64,000 nt of DNA from the NCBI GenBank assembly GCA_009859145.1, contig VRVR01000050.1, positions 1-64,000 on the forward strand, in the 5' to 3' direction. Each line of letters begins with the position of its first letter. Within the stretch, counting starts at the first letter, position 1. The notes under the pieces were generated by a model. The model was not told where the DNA came from and made no database searches. It saw only the letters and a list, made by a program, of their open reading frames with translations. The stretch comes from Andalucia godoyi And28. Lineage: Eukaryota > Protista > Jakobida. Position numbers and translations under genes: made by a program. Below are positions 54,241 through 64,000 of this stretch, in pieces.

Positions 54241-55470
54241 TTAGAGTTTGCCAGTTAGTGCTGAATACCAGAAGCCGACCATAGTGCTCGCTCGCGTTGG
54301 GAACTCCGAATGCCAGTTTTGTAGAAATGGAGCCGTGACAAGACGAGCCAGCACACCGTACTCAGCATAGTATAATCTCTCGCACAATCGCCCGCCGGTG
54401 GCAATGAGGAACAAGTCAGAGACCATCTCGAATGTCAATCCCCACAGCCGATACTCTCTGGCGTCGACGAGTGCGTCGGTCGCACAAAGACTCGTGCTCG
54501 GAATGACCAACACTGGAAAGTGGATCACCATGTCCTTGAGAGATAGCAGCGGAGAGTGCATCAGTGCATCCAGCGTGCCTCGAAGAAGGCCTTTGAGATG
54601 CGAGGTAGCGAAGAAGCGAAGCACCGGAATCTGTACTGTCGTCTTGGGCATTGCGGGTCGTCGTGCATCTTCACGGCTGGCTGCGCTGCCACAGAGAACA
54701 GAGACTGGAGAAACCAGACCCTGTTCTCGCCCTAGCTGTACGAGCAACCGAAGTGGAACCCACTGCGCAGCCGACACTTCTTTCGGGTCCAGGCGCATTG
54801 CCAGGGGCTCGGGCATGGTCTGCAGAAACACGAATGGCCGAATCACCAACTTCATCTCTGAATGTTTGCCCTGTGAATCTTGAGAAGCAGGGTTGTTCGC
54901 CGATTCCACAACTACCGGTCGCTCCGCTGACGATTGCGATGACGATTGCGACGATGACGTGGTGATGTTGTTGGAACTGCTGGCTTTTCGAGTCCATCTT
55001 CGCCAAATCATGCGGTCGTCAAGCTTCCCCAGGTACGTAAAGTGCGTTTCCTGGTGCAGCGAAAGGCCGACTTCTTCCCAGCACTCTCGGACACACGCAT
55101 CGCGGTCCGTCTTGTCGTGCCGCACATCAAACCGGCCGCCCGGAAGCGCGGTGTGGCCAGACCATGGATCTCTTGGATTCACAGCTCTTTGAATGAGCAA
55201 GATTTCCAGATCATTTTCGTCTGTCAAATCCACGCAGTCGTCATATCCTCCCACTTGGCCGTGGACTGCCTCGCTGCCATCGCCATCGCCATTGCCACTG
55301 CCACTGCTACTGCCACTGCGCAAGGAATCAAGTAGCCGGTGCAACGACGCAGACTCCTTGCGACACCGAAGAATTATCGCCACAGACGCCCGGCGATCGC
55401 ATTCTTCAAATGGGATCTCCCGACCTCTATATGCACATAATCTACAAGCGATCAACTCCAGTAGCGTCAT
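54241..55470 (-). CDS. Nudix hydrolase (CoA-pyrophosphatase NUDT7/8-like)
   Basis: RASVAIIL, LLIQRA...DPWSGHTALPGG...DRDACVRECWEEVGL and a C-terminal LWGLT motif. Confidence 0.85.
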   Translation of the reverse strand: MTLLELIACRLCAYRGREIPFEECDRRASVAIILRCRKESASLHRLLDSLRSGSSSGSGNGDGDGSEAVHGQVGGYDDCVDLTDENDLEILLIQRAVNPRDPWSGHTALPGGRFDVRHDKTDRDACVRECWEEVGLSLHQETHFTYLGKLDDRMIWRRWTRKASSSNNITTSSSQSSSQSSAERPVVVESANNPASQDSQGKHSEMKLVIRPFVFLQTMPEPLAMRLDPKEVSAAQWVPLRLLVQLGREQGLVSPVSVLCGSAASREDARRPAMPKTTVQIPVLRFFATSHLKGLLRGTLDALMHSPLLSLKDMVIHFPVLVIPSTSLCATDALVDAREYRLWGLTFEMVSDLFLIATGGRLCERLYYAEYGVLARLVTAPFLQNWHSEFPTRASTMVGFWYSALTGKL

Positions 55471-55755
55471 TTTCCGCCCGGCTGTCAGCACTCTCGCCTG
55501 AGGGGGCCCGTCTGCACTCTGCGGTTGCGTTTCAGAGTCCAGAGTTCAGCAGCCCCAAGCCAACGCACAAAAGCTCTAGGCTCAAGGCTCAAGGCTCCGG
55601 AATACAAAGAAAACATGTCAGTGTCAGTGTCATTGTCGTTGTCAGTGTCTTGAAAGACCGGACATCTGCAGTAGTATTTCTACTACTACTACTACTGATA
55701 CTACTGATACTGATACTACTGCAGAGCAAAGAGAACGAAGACGGAGGACGCGGGA

Positions 55756-56169
55756 ATGAAAGGAACAAAGACGCTGGCCGCGAAGAAAGGGGCAGATGGA
55801 AAGGAGAAAGTTGAACATCGACCGTCGATCTTGTCTCGGTGCCTTTCGCGAAATGCGGAGTGGAACCGCGAAGAAGTCCTGACGATCTTGCATTGGGTTC
55901 GCCAGCTGGTGGGTTTGTTTGTCGGTGTCATGTGTGGTGCATTGCCAATTACCGGGTGGATGGGATTTGTGTTTTTCCTTACAAACACACTCGCCTTGGT
56001 TCACATGTACGTGTTTGTCTATCTGCGCGTCGACGAACAGGTGCTTGGGTCCGAGGGAACGGCTCATGAAGGCCTCATGAACGCAATGGGTGTCTTTCTG
56101 ATGTCATGGATTGCGACGTATTCCATCATGTTTGGAAATACCCACAGCAGCACCAGCAGCAGCAGTTAG
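55756..56169 (+). CDS. RAB5IF: Rab5-interacting factor / OPTI (C20orf24 family)
   Basis: W..EEVL.ILHWVRQLVGL.VG...GALP..G...YLRVDE...G......EGLM.A...FLMSWI..Y pattern. Confidence 0.8.
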   Translation: MKGTKTLAAKKGADGKEKVEHRPSILSRCLSRNAEWNREEVLTILHWVRQLVGLFVGVMCGALPITGWMGFVFFLTNTLALVHMYVFVYLRVDEQVLGSEGTAHEGLMNAMGVFLMSWIATYSIMFGNTHSSTSSSS

Positions 56170-56240
56170 AAGTTAGATATTAGACATAAACGAATTAAAT
56201 TTTATCTTAATTAAACAGACGAAGAAGAAGCATATGTAAC

Positions 56241-56464
56241 CCCTCCAACCCAGACGTCCGGTGGACGGCTGTGATATCATCGGATAGTATGGCTGAAGGT
56301 GTGCAGGTCGAGGCCCAATGAGAGAGACTGTCGAATGTTGACAATCCGATTCCTTGTAATCGATGACGGGCACTGATGCGGATTGTAAAAGTCACATTAT
56401 GCCAAATAATCTGTCTGAGGCGTAGCACGCGAGGCAAATGTTTGGAGAGGTTTGAGTTGGAGGG
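56241..56464. mobile_element. 224-bp MITE with 15-bp terminal inverted repeats
   Basis: The left end CCCTCCAACCCAGAC matches the right-end reverse complement CCCTCCAACTCAAAC at 13/15. TAA flanks both sides. It is homologous to 11363-12017. Confidence 0.75.
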
Positions 56465-56544
56465 TAATACTTTACAAAACAAACACAAAAAAAGGAGTCC
56501 GAAAAGAAGAGCACAATGTTCACTGTTGATCGTTGCTGTGAGGG

Positions 56545-56898
56545 CTATCCGTACGCTGGGGTAAGACAATAGTGCACAGTAAGCATGTTAGAGGTTCCAA
56601 AACAAGAGAACAGGTCGCCAACGAGCTGGTCGGGAGTCGGCCGGAATGCAGATGAACAGTACATGAAAAGCGATTCTTCAGGCTTCAGTTGCAGCTGTTT
56701 CCGGAGGAACAGCTGCAGAGCGGAAAACGAAGAATCTGCAGAAATTTTAAACTTTGCCTGTTTGAGCTGCGGTGCGTTTGCAATAGGCACAAACAGCACG
56801 ATCACCTTGACTTGCTGTGGCTGTGACTGTGATTGTGAGGGAGAACTGCTTCCGATGCTGGAAATCGGTGACGTCGCAGATTCTGCAGGCTGATCCAT
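56545..56898 (-). CDS. ATG12: Ubiquitin-like autophagy protein Atg12
   Basis: KVIVLFVPIANAPQLKQAKFKI...FLRKQL...LFMYCSSAFRPTPDQ.VGDLFSCF...L.VHYCLTPAYG with a terminal Gly. Confidence 0.95.
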   Translation of the reverse strand: MDQPAESATSPISSIGSSSPSQSQSQPQQVKVIVLFVPIANAPQLKQAKFKISADSSFSALQLFLRKQLQLKPEESLFMYCSSAFRPTPDQLVGDLFSCFGTSNMLTVHYCLTPAYG

Positions 56899-57227
56899 TG
56901 TCTGTGTCTTCCCTGGGGTTAGCCTGGGGTGCCGCGATGATCGACTTGGCTCGATGCTCGGGAGAATCGTCTTTCATCACCCAGACCCGGAAGCACAGAA
57001 CCCAGTCGGAGACTGCCGCACACGGCTCAACTACAGTTCCCGGAGCATCTCAAAACTGTTGTTTTTTGTTTTTCGCTCCTTTTGTTTGGCAGCTGAGAAT
57101 TCTGTTTTGGACGGATACGCTGTCTTTTCGGTTTTTATGTTGTTCCCAATCTTGATACTTGCTTGTGAGCAAAATAGTCGAAGGAGGGAGAAAAGAGGAG
57201 GAAGAGTGGAGGAAGAGAGGCGGACGG

Positions 57228-58378
57228 ATGAGTTTAGTGAATCCACGACAGAGAGTTGCCCGCGCGGGAGACCTCGTAATATTGCATGATTTCCCGTCGA
57301 CGTACACATACGTTCATCTCGAAGCTGGAAAGACGCTGCAGACGCGATCGGGAGTGTTTCATCATGACGATTTCATCAACCGGCCATTTGGAAGTCGATG
57401 TTTGGCGCGATTGAAGGGCGGTGTAAAATCGACCGCTCACACTCTGATCATGCTGAAGCCAACTGCTGAACTGTGGACACTGGCGTTGAAACACAGAACG
57501 CAAGTCTTGTACGATGCAGATGTGTCGCTTGTCTGCGTTGCTCTTGAAATTCGAAATGGATCGTGTGTATTGGAAGCAGGCACAGGATCCGGTGCACTGT
57601 CGCATGCGCTGGCACGAGCTGTGGCGCCTTCCGGCAAGTTGTACACGGTTGATTTCCACGAAACTAGAGCAAAAACAGCCAAAGTCGAGTTTGAGATGAA
57701 CGGTGTTTCGGCGGTTGTTGACTCCTCGTGTGGAGATATCTGTGCAGTTCCTGTATCAAGGACGGAACCAACGACGGGTTCTGCATCCACTGGTAACTGG
57801 ATGATCCGAAAGGACTCGGATGGACTGCATGCGATTGCGATCCAAGAAGATGCTTTTGATGCTGTGTTTCTCGATGTTCCGGCTCCCCAACGAGCGGTGG
57901 AGAACGTGCACAGAGCACTTAAGTTCGGAGGTGTGATCTGCACGTTTTCTCCTTGCATTGAACAGGTTCAGAAAAGCTGTGCGGCAATGCGCAGACTTGG
58001 GTTTGTGGATGTTCGCATGGCCGAAGTGCTTGCGTGCAACATGGAAATCAAAAAGGTATCCGCCGTCCCAATGCAGATTGAGCGGAAAACAGTTTCTGTC
58101 GAAGCCCTCGTCGCCGTTGAAAACCTGGATAGAGAGGCTGGAAAAAGGATGATGTCGATGCTGCGGAAGATGATTTGGAAGGCGACATGGAGGGGGATTC
58201 CTCGGTTGCTGTTCCAGCGATCGGTGATGAAGCTGCAGGGAAGACCATCACTGCAGGGCCTAGAAAACGACCTGCGCAAGGTACAACTCGTGTGTCGAGG
58301 CCTGCACACGATATGCATGGTCACACAGGATATCTTGTGTTTGCGAGGAAAACAAACTATCAAGAAGAGCAGAAGTAA
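57228..58378 (+). CDS. TRM61: tRNA m1A58 methyltransferase catalytic subunit, with a frame break near 58056-58147
   Basis: PTAELWTLALKHRTQVLY, LEAGTGSG, AVFLDVPAP and CTFSPCIEQV. The conserved terminal GHTGYLVFARK is in another frame (58175-58378). Confidence 0.88.
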
Positions 58379-58448
58379 ACGGTTATCACGCGAATACGGA
58401 AACTGTTTCCTTTTTCTTTTCTTTCTTTTCTTTTTTAGAATATTTTTA

Positions 58449-59126
58449 TTATGATGCCGATCGGCTCAACGTTGCTTCCAGGTGACGGGTAACTTCGGGA
58501 ACCGATTCCGTCGCCATGCCCATAGTATACGATACTCCAGATACCGTGAATACAAAGGAACGACGCTCACGAAACGCAAAAGGCTTCGTCACGGATGCAG
58601 ATCGGACCATTGCATTCTGCTTCAAAGGATCGGTTTCCTGTGTTCCGGGAATGACAGAGTCCACTTCGACAAGAAGAGAATTTCCAGAGTCGTCGCGTGA
58701 CAAGGACCACGTTCCGTGCATAATTTCCGCAACACCAAACGGATGTGCAAGCACAAGCTCCACCTGGTTGGGAGAAAGCAGTTTCAAAAACCCAGCTTCT
58801 GCATGAAGCCCTTCGCCCGTTTCAGCGTTTCTTGTTTTTTGACTAGGCATCCGTAATCAGCAGCATGAACACCATCCATGAATCTGCGTTAGCTATTTAA
58901 TTTCAAAAAATAATACGTATCTACATATATACATATGTATGTATATGTGTATACTATCATTGTTTTTCAAACCCGAGGAAACCCCATACGTGTAGAGAAA
59001 GACTGGTTTTCCCTCCAGTCTCTCGAAGCTGCAAGCTTCTACATATGAAAACGACTTGATTGTCGGATAAACACCTTTCCCAATCCCCGCATACTTCCCG
59101 GACACTAGATCAAACACTGCATTCAT
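58449..59126 (-). CDS. Nitrobindin/THAP4-like heme beta-barrel protein, two exons: 59126-58990 and 58842-58449
   Basis: Exon 1 has GKYAGIGKGVYPTIKSFSYVE...KPVFLY. The 147-nt intron is GTATG...CTAAC...TAG. The spliced join gives YTQKTRNAETGEGLHAEAG, and a C-terminal heme His lies in RHLEATL. Confidence 0.88.
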
Positions 59127-59502
59127 GACGCCCCCTTCTCGCTATTCGTTCGAGGGTTCTTCAGAACTCTTTGCAATGAAGCTGGGGAAAACAATGATAA
59201 CAAAGAACGCCAGAAAGAGAGATTCGTCGGTGAATTTTGTGCGGAGCTGCGGGCTTGAAATTCCCCGATATCGCGCATTTTCGCACTTGAGTCAAATGAG
59301 CCGATTTCATGACTTTCTGTTGCTGTTCTTCTTCTTGATGTGTGGTTGCCATTTTCCCTTTTCACCTTTCCTTTTCACCTTTCCCTTTTCCCTTTTCTCT
59401 TTTCCCTTTTCACTTTTTTCTCTCTTCTTCTTTGATTGAACTCTTGTGCTGATCGTGGGATCGTGGGACATCTGCTTCCATTCTTGGTTGCATAGGCTAG
59501 CC

Positions 59503-62500
59503 ATGGATGTATCATTCATAAAGCAGAACCTTGTGCAAGCTGTGCAAGCTGTCCATGCGACACTGGATGCATCTGCGAGATCTGCAGCGCAATCTGGAAT
59601 TGAGCAGTTCAAAGAGCAAGCTTCGTCAGAGACGATTCTCACAGTTGCTTTTGAGCTGACGCTGTCAGATGAAGTTTCTGATCCTGTGCTCCTCTTTGGA
59701 CTTCATCTGTTTGACCATGTGTGCTCCACACGCTGGGATTCACTTGATGCTGATGCAAAGAGGTACTTACAGACGAGCGCATTGTCACTGATTAAACGCG
59801 CTAGCTTGCCATCCGTGGTCCTCGGAAGGCCCGTTCCGCTGTACTTTAAAGAAAAGGCTTCGCAGATATTTTCGCGCACTGCGTTTCTGCAGGACTCGCT
59901 GCAGTGGCAAGTGTTTTGGGGGGCACTGGCTGCAGAGGTTGGCACAGGATCGGTCTCCCGTGAAGTTTTCCTTTTGGTCGCTCTGGAGTGCGCACAGTTT
60001 GTGCTTGAGAAAACCGACACGTCGACGCATTTTCCAGATGACGATGAAGACAGGAGATCGCTGTTCAATTCGTGGTTGGCGACGATGCCGCAGCTCATCA
60101 GAACTATGGCAGGGTACCTGTCAGAAGCACATTATGCGTTTTTTGTGCAAGGTGAGTGGGCTCATAGTAGCTCCTTTGAGCTAAATGCATCTTACCGAAT
60201 AATTCTCTCGGGATGCCGTGCATTTTCTGTTCTCGGAGAAAACGCTCCGCATGTTTTGCTGTTTGAATCAGGGCTTATAGACATGCTTATCATGTACATG
60301 TCTCCGGCTGCGTCTCTTGGCCTTGCGGTTTCGCAGTCCGGCACATCTCCTTTCCTCTCAATTGAGGAGCTTGCAACGGAGACTCTTCTTGGAGTAGTCG
60401 GCAGAAAGTGGAACGCCGATGAACTTGCTCTTGCGTTTTTGGACAAGTTTACTTTGTTTTTCACACGGTTGGCCTGTTCGCCGGTGTCCATGAACCGAGA
60501 CGTCGTGGTACGTGTTTCGCGCGTCTTTGGGGATTTTCTCGAGAATCAGGCGTTTCGAGGAATCTGGAGCGCATCGCTGGACATTTTGAGGGCCTTCTCT
60601 GACCATGCATCTGCGATTGTGGTTGGACATACCATTGGTGCTTGGATGCGCTTCTTTCGAGAATATCAGATTGTTGTTTCCGATCAGATCCAAAGCATCC
60701 TGACCTTCCTGTTCGAGCGACTGATGTTTAGAATGTCGGAAAAGAGAAAAACGGAGGAGGAAGTTGAGGACTTGGAAGATGCAATGAAGCACACCATGGT
60801 GTTTAGAAATCGATGCATTGAGCTTGTGAGGTCCGCTGCAGCCGGATACCCGCGTGAAGCCTATGTCGCTGTCTGCTCGCTGTGGAAAAATCAAGTATTG
60901 CAATTGTCACTTCCCGATGTGTCATCGAAGGTGGCGTACTCCTCCCAGATTACGCTCTATTTTGACTCAGCATCCTTGATATATGAGTCAGTGGCAGAAG
61001 GGCTTGTCCCCGATAAGGTGTTCCTGGACGAAGCCGTCCTCGAGGCAAAGGCACTGCAATTGGTGGATTGCTCCCAAATTGCCCTCGATTTCATTCGAGG
61101 TATCTTGAGCTTGTTTACGGCTCCCAGCCCGATTACAGCACACATTCACCTGGTTGGAAAGCTACTGCATCTATTTGGACATTCGTTTGGGTTTTTTAAA
61201 CTGATCGCTTGTGTGCCCCCGACGATCGCCTCGACTGCGAATTTCGCGGAGCTCGAATCGTCGTGGCTTCAGTTGATACCATTGATTTTCGATGTGTGTG
61301 GTCGGTACATGCGCTACTCGTTGGTGCCAGAGAAAACTCTTTGGTTCCAGTTGTCTGAAGACGAGCGCGCGTTGAGAAGAAAAGGTGCATCGGTCATTCT
61401 TCGTCTCAGCAGAAACATATCGAACCTGTTTGAAGCGCTCTGCCAATACTGCCGCCCGCAGCTGCCATATGTCCCAGACTCCTCCGTGGACCGCAAGAGC
61501 AAGATGCAGATTGTGTACTCTAGCATGTCGACGCTGAAGTCCTTCGCAGGCTACCTCATGCAGAATCTGCAGGGCCTCGTGACAACTTTTCAATCTGGCA
61601 CCTCTGCCGCGACCTTCGATGAGAGTTTCCCATTCGAAGAGCTTGGGTTCCTGTATGAATCGGTTGCTTGCATATCGTTTGTATCCTCGTTTCCATTGCA
61701 AGGATCGTCACTTGATTTTCCGTTTCCTTCCGAAGAGGATTCTGCTCCCTACCAACTGCTGCTGTTCGAGGAGTTGTTTGCACCGTTCACGACCAAGTGT
61801 GTGGATTCCATTCAGCTGCTGTTGCAACAGATGGGAGACGACATGACTGGATACTTGTCGACTGTTTTTGCCGCGGGATCGTCCCAAAGTGCTTCTGTTA
61901 TTCTTCGAGCTTTACGATTTCTGAATGCAATATGCAGATCTATCAAGTACCCATTGCTATACCTGCCTTTCTTTCCCTTGTTTGCTCCCGTTGTCCGACT
62001 CCTAAGTGTGCTTTCGAACACCCGGTCGGTCGACATTGTGGGTCTGTCGCAGCTGGAAAGAGAAGTCATTCTTGGGAAGTCTTCAAAAGAAGAGCACATC
62101 GAGGATTCGACGAAGTCACCCAAGGATTGGGTGGCACGGTTTTGCTACATTTCGAGGGACCAGTGTCTGTGGTTCGTCAGCCACCTGGCGAAGGCCACGG
62201 TGTTTCGAATTCCACATCCTGCAGTCATGCAGCACATTTTGCAGAGATTTGACGGCACGGTGCATCTGGACTTTCCAAATTCCATGATTCGAATGTTCTA
62301 TGCGCATCCGCAAACTATTTTGTTTTTCTCTGTGACATCACGAGACCTGAAGCTTTCTCCGTACCACTATCTGCGATTGTTCTTCAAACATGTTGGTTCT
62401 TCAATTGTCGAATATTTTCCGGGAAAGCGATTGGAATTGTGCGGGCCGCTGGATATACAGCACCTTTCAGAAACGCTTTATCATGTTATTGTTGCCGGGA

Positions 62501-63483
62501 TCAAACCGATGTTGGAATCCCGTGTCTGTGCGGACTGGAAGAAAAAAGTGGATGCCGGTGTTTCCGCCTACTCGTTGGATACGTGTGCATGGTCATTTGA
62601 TTATTTGGTGCAGAATTCTGCTTCGGCATCGTTCTCAGCTGCGGTGTCCACGTCGACAGGGCCCAATGTAAAGGCAGATGTGGTGCTAGAACGCTCGCTG
62701 CGTGATTCGACGTGCGATGCTGTCGATTTTCTTGCACGAGTTTCTGCTCTAATGGAATCCTTAGCAAAAACGAATTCAGCGCTTGTGCTCGACTTTCTAT
62801 ACGGGTCGCGCTTCTGCGGTTTCGCAATCTTGGAGATGGCTTCCGCGCTGCTTTGGATTCCTGACTCGATGGTATTCAAAAAGTGCTGTCTTTGTATATC
62901 AGACATTCTGAAAATTCTGTTTGGGGACCATGCGTCTGTATTTCTTGCTTCACAATCTGCTAGCGCATATGTGGAACTGCTTGCTGCTGTTACGTCACTT
63001 CGACTTTTGGAAGCCGTTCCGTTTGGGACGCCGGACGTTGTATCCGAAGCCCTGTCTTCGCTTCGACTCATTTTCAGTGCCTTTATGGTTGATCACAGAG
63101 CCAATTTCGGCGGTCGTTGTGATGTCGCATTGCGGCAGTGGTACGTCAGTCGATTCTGTCCCGTGTATGCCGTGATCTCCAGCAATCCTATCGCTTCGTT
63201 TTCCGATACCGTATGGTTGGATGACCTCCCTTCGCGTCTTGCAATGGCAGTCTCTGCATCGAAGCAGAAGACCGTGCTGAAGTCTGTTTTTGGATCACAG
63301 TCGTTCAATCTATTGAATGTGCGCGCATTGCTTTTGAACAGGATGAAGTTGCACGTTTCCCATTCAACTGCGGCTTCGGGGAAAAAAACCAGGATGGCTG
63401 TCGACGATTCAGAGAAAATTCTGAGGCCGAAGCATAGCGGCGAGGAAGACGAACTGGCTGGGTTTGATTTGTTTGCTGTGTAA
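59503..63483 (+). CDS. Importin-beta superfamily HEAT protein, divergent exportin-5-like
   Basis: About 1326 aa, helical. The N-terminal AR..A...IEQFKE...FGLHLFDHV...RW.......K..L...YFKEKASQIF pattern resembles XPO5/Msn5. Confidence 0.65.
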   Translation: MDVSFIKQNLVQAVQAVHATLDASARSAAQSGIEQFKEQASSETILTVAFELTLSDEVSDPVLLFGLHLFDHVCSTRWDSLDADAKRYLQTSALSLIKRASLPSVVLGRPVPLYFKEKASQIFSRTAFLQDSLQWQVFWGALAAEVGTGSVSREVFLLVALECAQFVLEKTDTSTHFPDDDEDRRSLFNSWLATMPQLIRTMAGYLSEAHYAFFVQGEWAHSSSFELNASYRIILSGCRAFSVLGENAPHVLLFESGLIDMLIMYMSPAASLGLAVSQSGTSPFLSIEELATETLLGVVGRKWNADELALAFLDKFTLFFTRLACSPVSMNRDVVVRVSRVFGDFLENQAFRGIWSASLDILRAFSDHASAIVVGHTIGAWMRFFREYQIVVSDQIQSILTFLFERLMFRMSEKRKTEEEVEDLEDAMKHTMVFRNRCIELVRSAAAGYPREAYVAVCSLWKNQVLQLSLPDVSSKVAYSSQITLYFDSASLIYESVAEGLVPDKVFLDEAVLEAKALQLVDCSQIALDFIRGILSLFTAPSPITAHIHLVGKLLHLFGHSFGFFKLIACVPPTIASTANFAELESSWLQLIPLIFDVCGRYMRYSLVPEKTLWFQLSEDERALRRKGASVILRLSRNISNLFEALCQYCRPQLPYVPDSSVDRKSKMQIVYSSMSTLKSFAGYLMQNLQGLVTTFQSGTSAATFDESFPFEELGFLYESVACISFVSSFPLQGSSLDFPFPSEEDSAPYQLLLFEELFAPFTTKCVDSIQLLLQQMGDDMTGYLSTVFAAGSSQSASVILRALRFLNAICRSIKYPLLYLPFFPLFAPVVRLLSVLSNTRSVDIVGLSQLEREVILGKSSKEEHIEDSTKSPKDWVARFCYISRDQCLWFVSHLAKATVFRIPHPAVMQHILQRFDGTVHLDFPNSMIRMFYAHPQTILFFSVTSRDLKLSPYHYLRLFFKHVGSSIVEYFPGKRLELCGPLDIQHLSETLYHVIVAGIKPMLESRVCADWKKKVDAGVSAYSLDTCAWSFDYLVQNSASASFSAAVSTSTGPNVKADVVLERSLRDSTCDAVDFLARVSALMESLAKTNSALVLDFLYGSRFCGFAILEMASALLWIPDSMVFKKCCLCISDILKILFGDHASVFLASQSASAYVELLAAVTSLRLLEAVPFGTPDVVSEALSSLRLIFSAFMVDHRANFGGRCDVALRQWYVSRFCPVYAVISSNPIASFSDTVWLDDLPSRLAMAVSASKQKTVLKSVFGSQSFNLLNVRALLLNRMKLHVSHSTAASGKKTRMAVDDSEKILRPKHSGEEDELAGFDLFAV

Positions 63484-63621
63484 GATATATGGGAAAAATT
63501 GGCGCACAGAAGAGGGAAAGGCGGAAAATGAAACGTGCCTGATATCGTTCACTTCTACGGAAATACTTCTTCTCCTTTCTCTTTTATTATTTATTATTAT
63601 TTTATTATTTTAAGAGTACTT

Positions 63622-64000
63622 TTACGGTAACGGCGCAGCAGAAGAGGATGGTTTTCCATCTGTGCGCTGACTCCGAGAAACAGGATGGGTATCTACCACG
63701 ACACCGCCCGCAACAGTAATTTCTCCCATTCTCAATGTCACACGTCCCAGAGCCTTGCAATCTGCAAATTTCTCCAGTGCAACTTCTCCAGACTGCTTGC
63801 TTGCCGACGCATGCTTGGATTCAATGACTTCCAATACGAGTCTCGCTTGGATACCAGCGCCGTGGATGGAACGATTGCTTCCCACAATGTACAACACACG
63901 AACTGGGACCACATTTGCATGCAAGAAAAGCAAAAGACTGGAACCGCGAGTGATAACATGCTCTGAAGAAAACGTAAGCACAGATACTTCAAAGCGGTGC
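63622..64000 (-). CDS. HBS1: HBS1/eRF3-family translational GTPase, C-terminal domain III; 5'-truncated by the window
   Basis: RFEVSVLTF...ITRGSSLLLFLH...VALEKFADCKALGRVTLRMGEITVAGGVV. Confidence 0.75.
   Translation of the reverse strand, partial: HRFEVSVLTFSSEHVITRGSSLLLFLHANVVPVRVLYIVGSNRSIHGAGIQARLVLEVIESKHASASKQSGEVALEKFADCKALGRVTLRMGEITVAGGVVVDTHPVSRSQRTDGKPSSSAAPLP

Overview
This is a compact, intron-poor, roughly 50% GC eukaryotic window read in the standard code. It is probably from a free-living flagellate protist; the gene content and layout would fit a jakobid or other discoban, but that is inference only. It holds about 33 housekeeping genes: adenylyl cyclase, tepsin, RPL27, V-ATPase D, DHHC, a probable mitochondrial topoisomerase II, pecanex, RPS9, YAK1, NOB1, AIDA, TTLL1, MND1, purple acid phosphatase, ATG12, TRM61, nitrobindin, an exportin-5-like gene, HBS1 and others. 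It also holds one tRNA-Thr(CGU) and several microsatellites. The main hidden signal lies in the intergenic spaces. Four internally deleted Fanzor2/IS607-TnpB-type elements, in two subfamilies, sit at 8707-9213, 19401-19856, 23390-24099 and 53424-53657. Three keep complementary fragments of the nuclease ORF. All four keep tetraloop-capped right-end hairpins that look like omegaRNA scaffolds, end in a shared ARGCG, follow CCG (3 of 4) on the left and have different downstream flanks, which are candidate guides. No intact Fanzor or transposase lies in the window. A second, unrelated TIR-bounded element family has two copies (11363-12017 and 56241-56464). All alignments and folds were done by eye.
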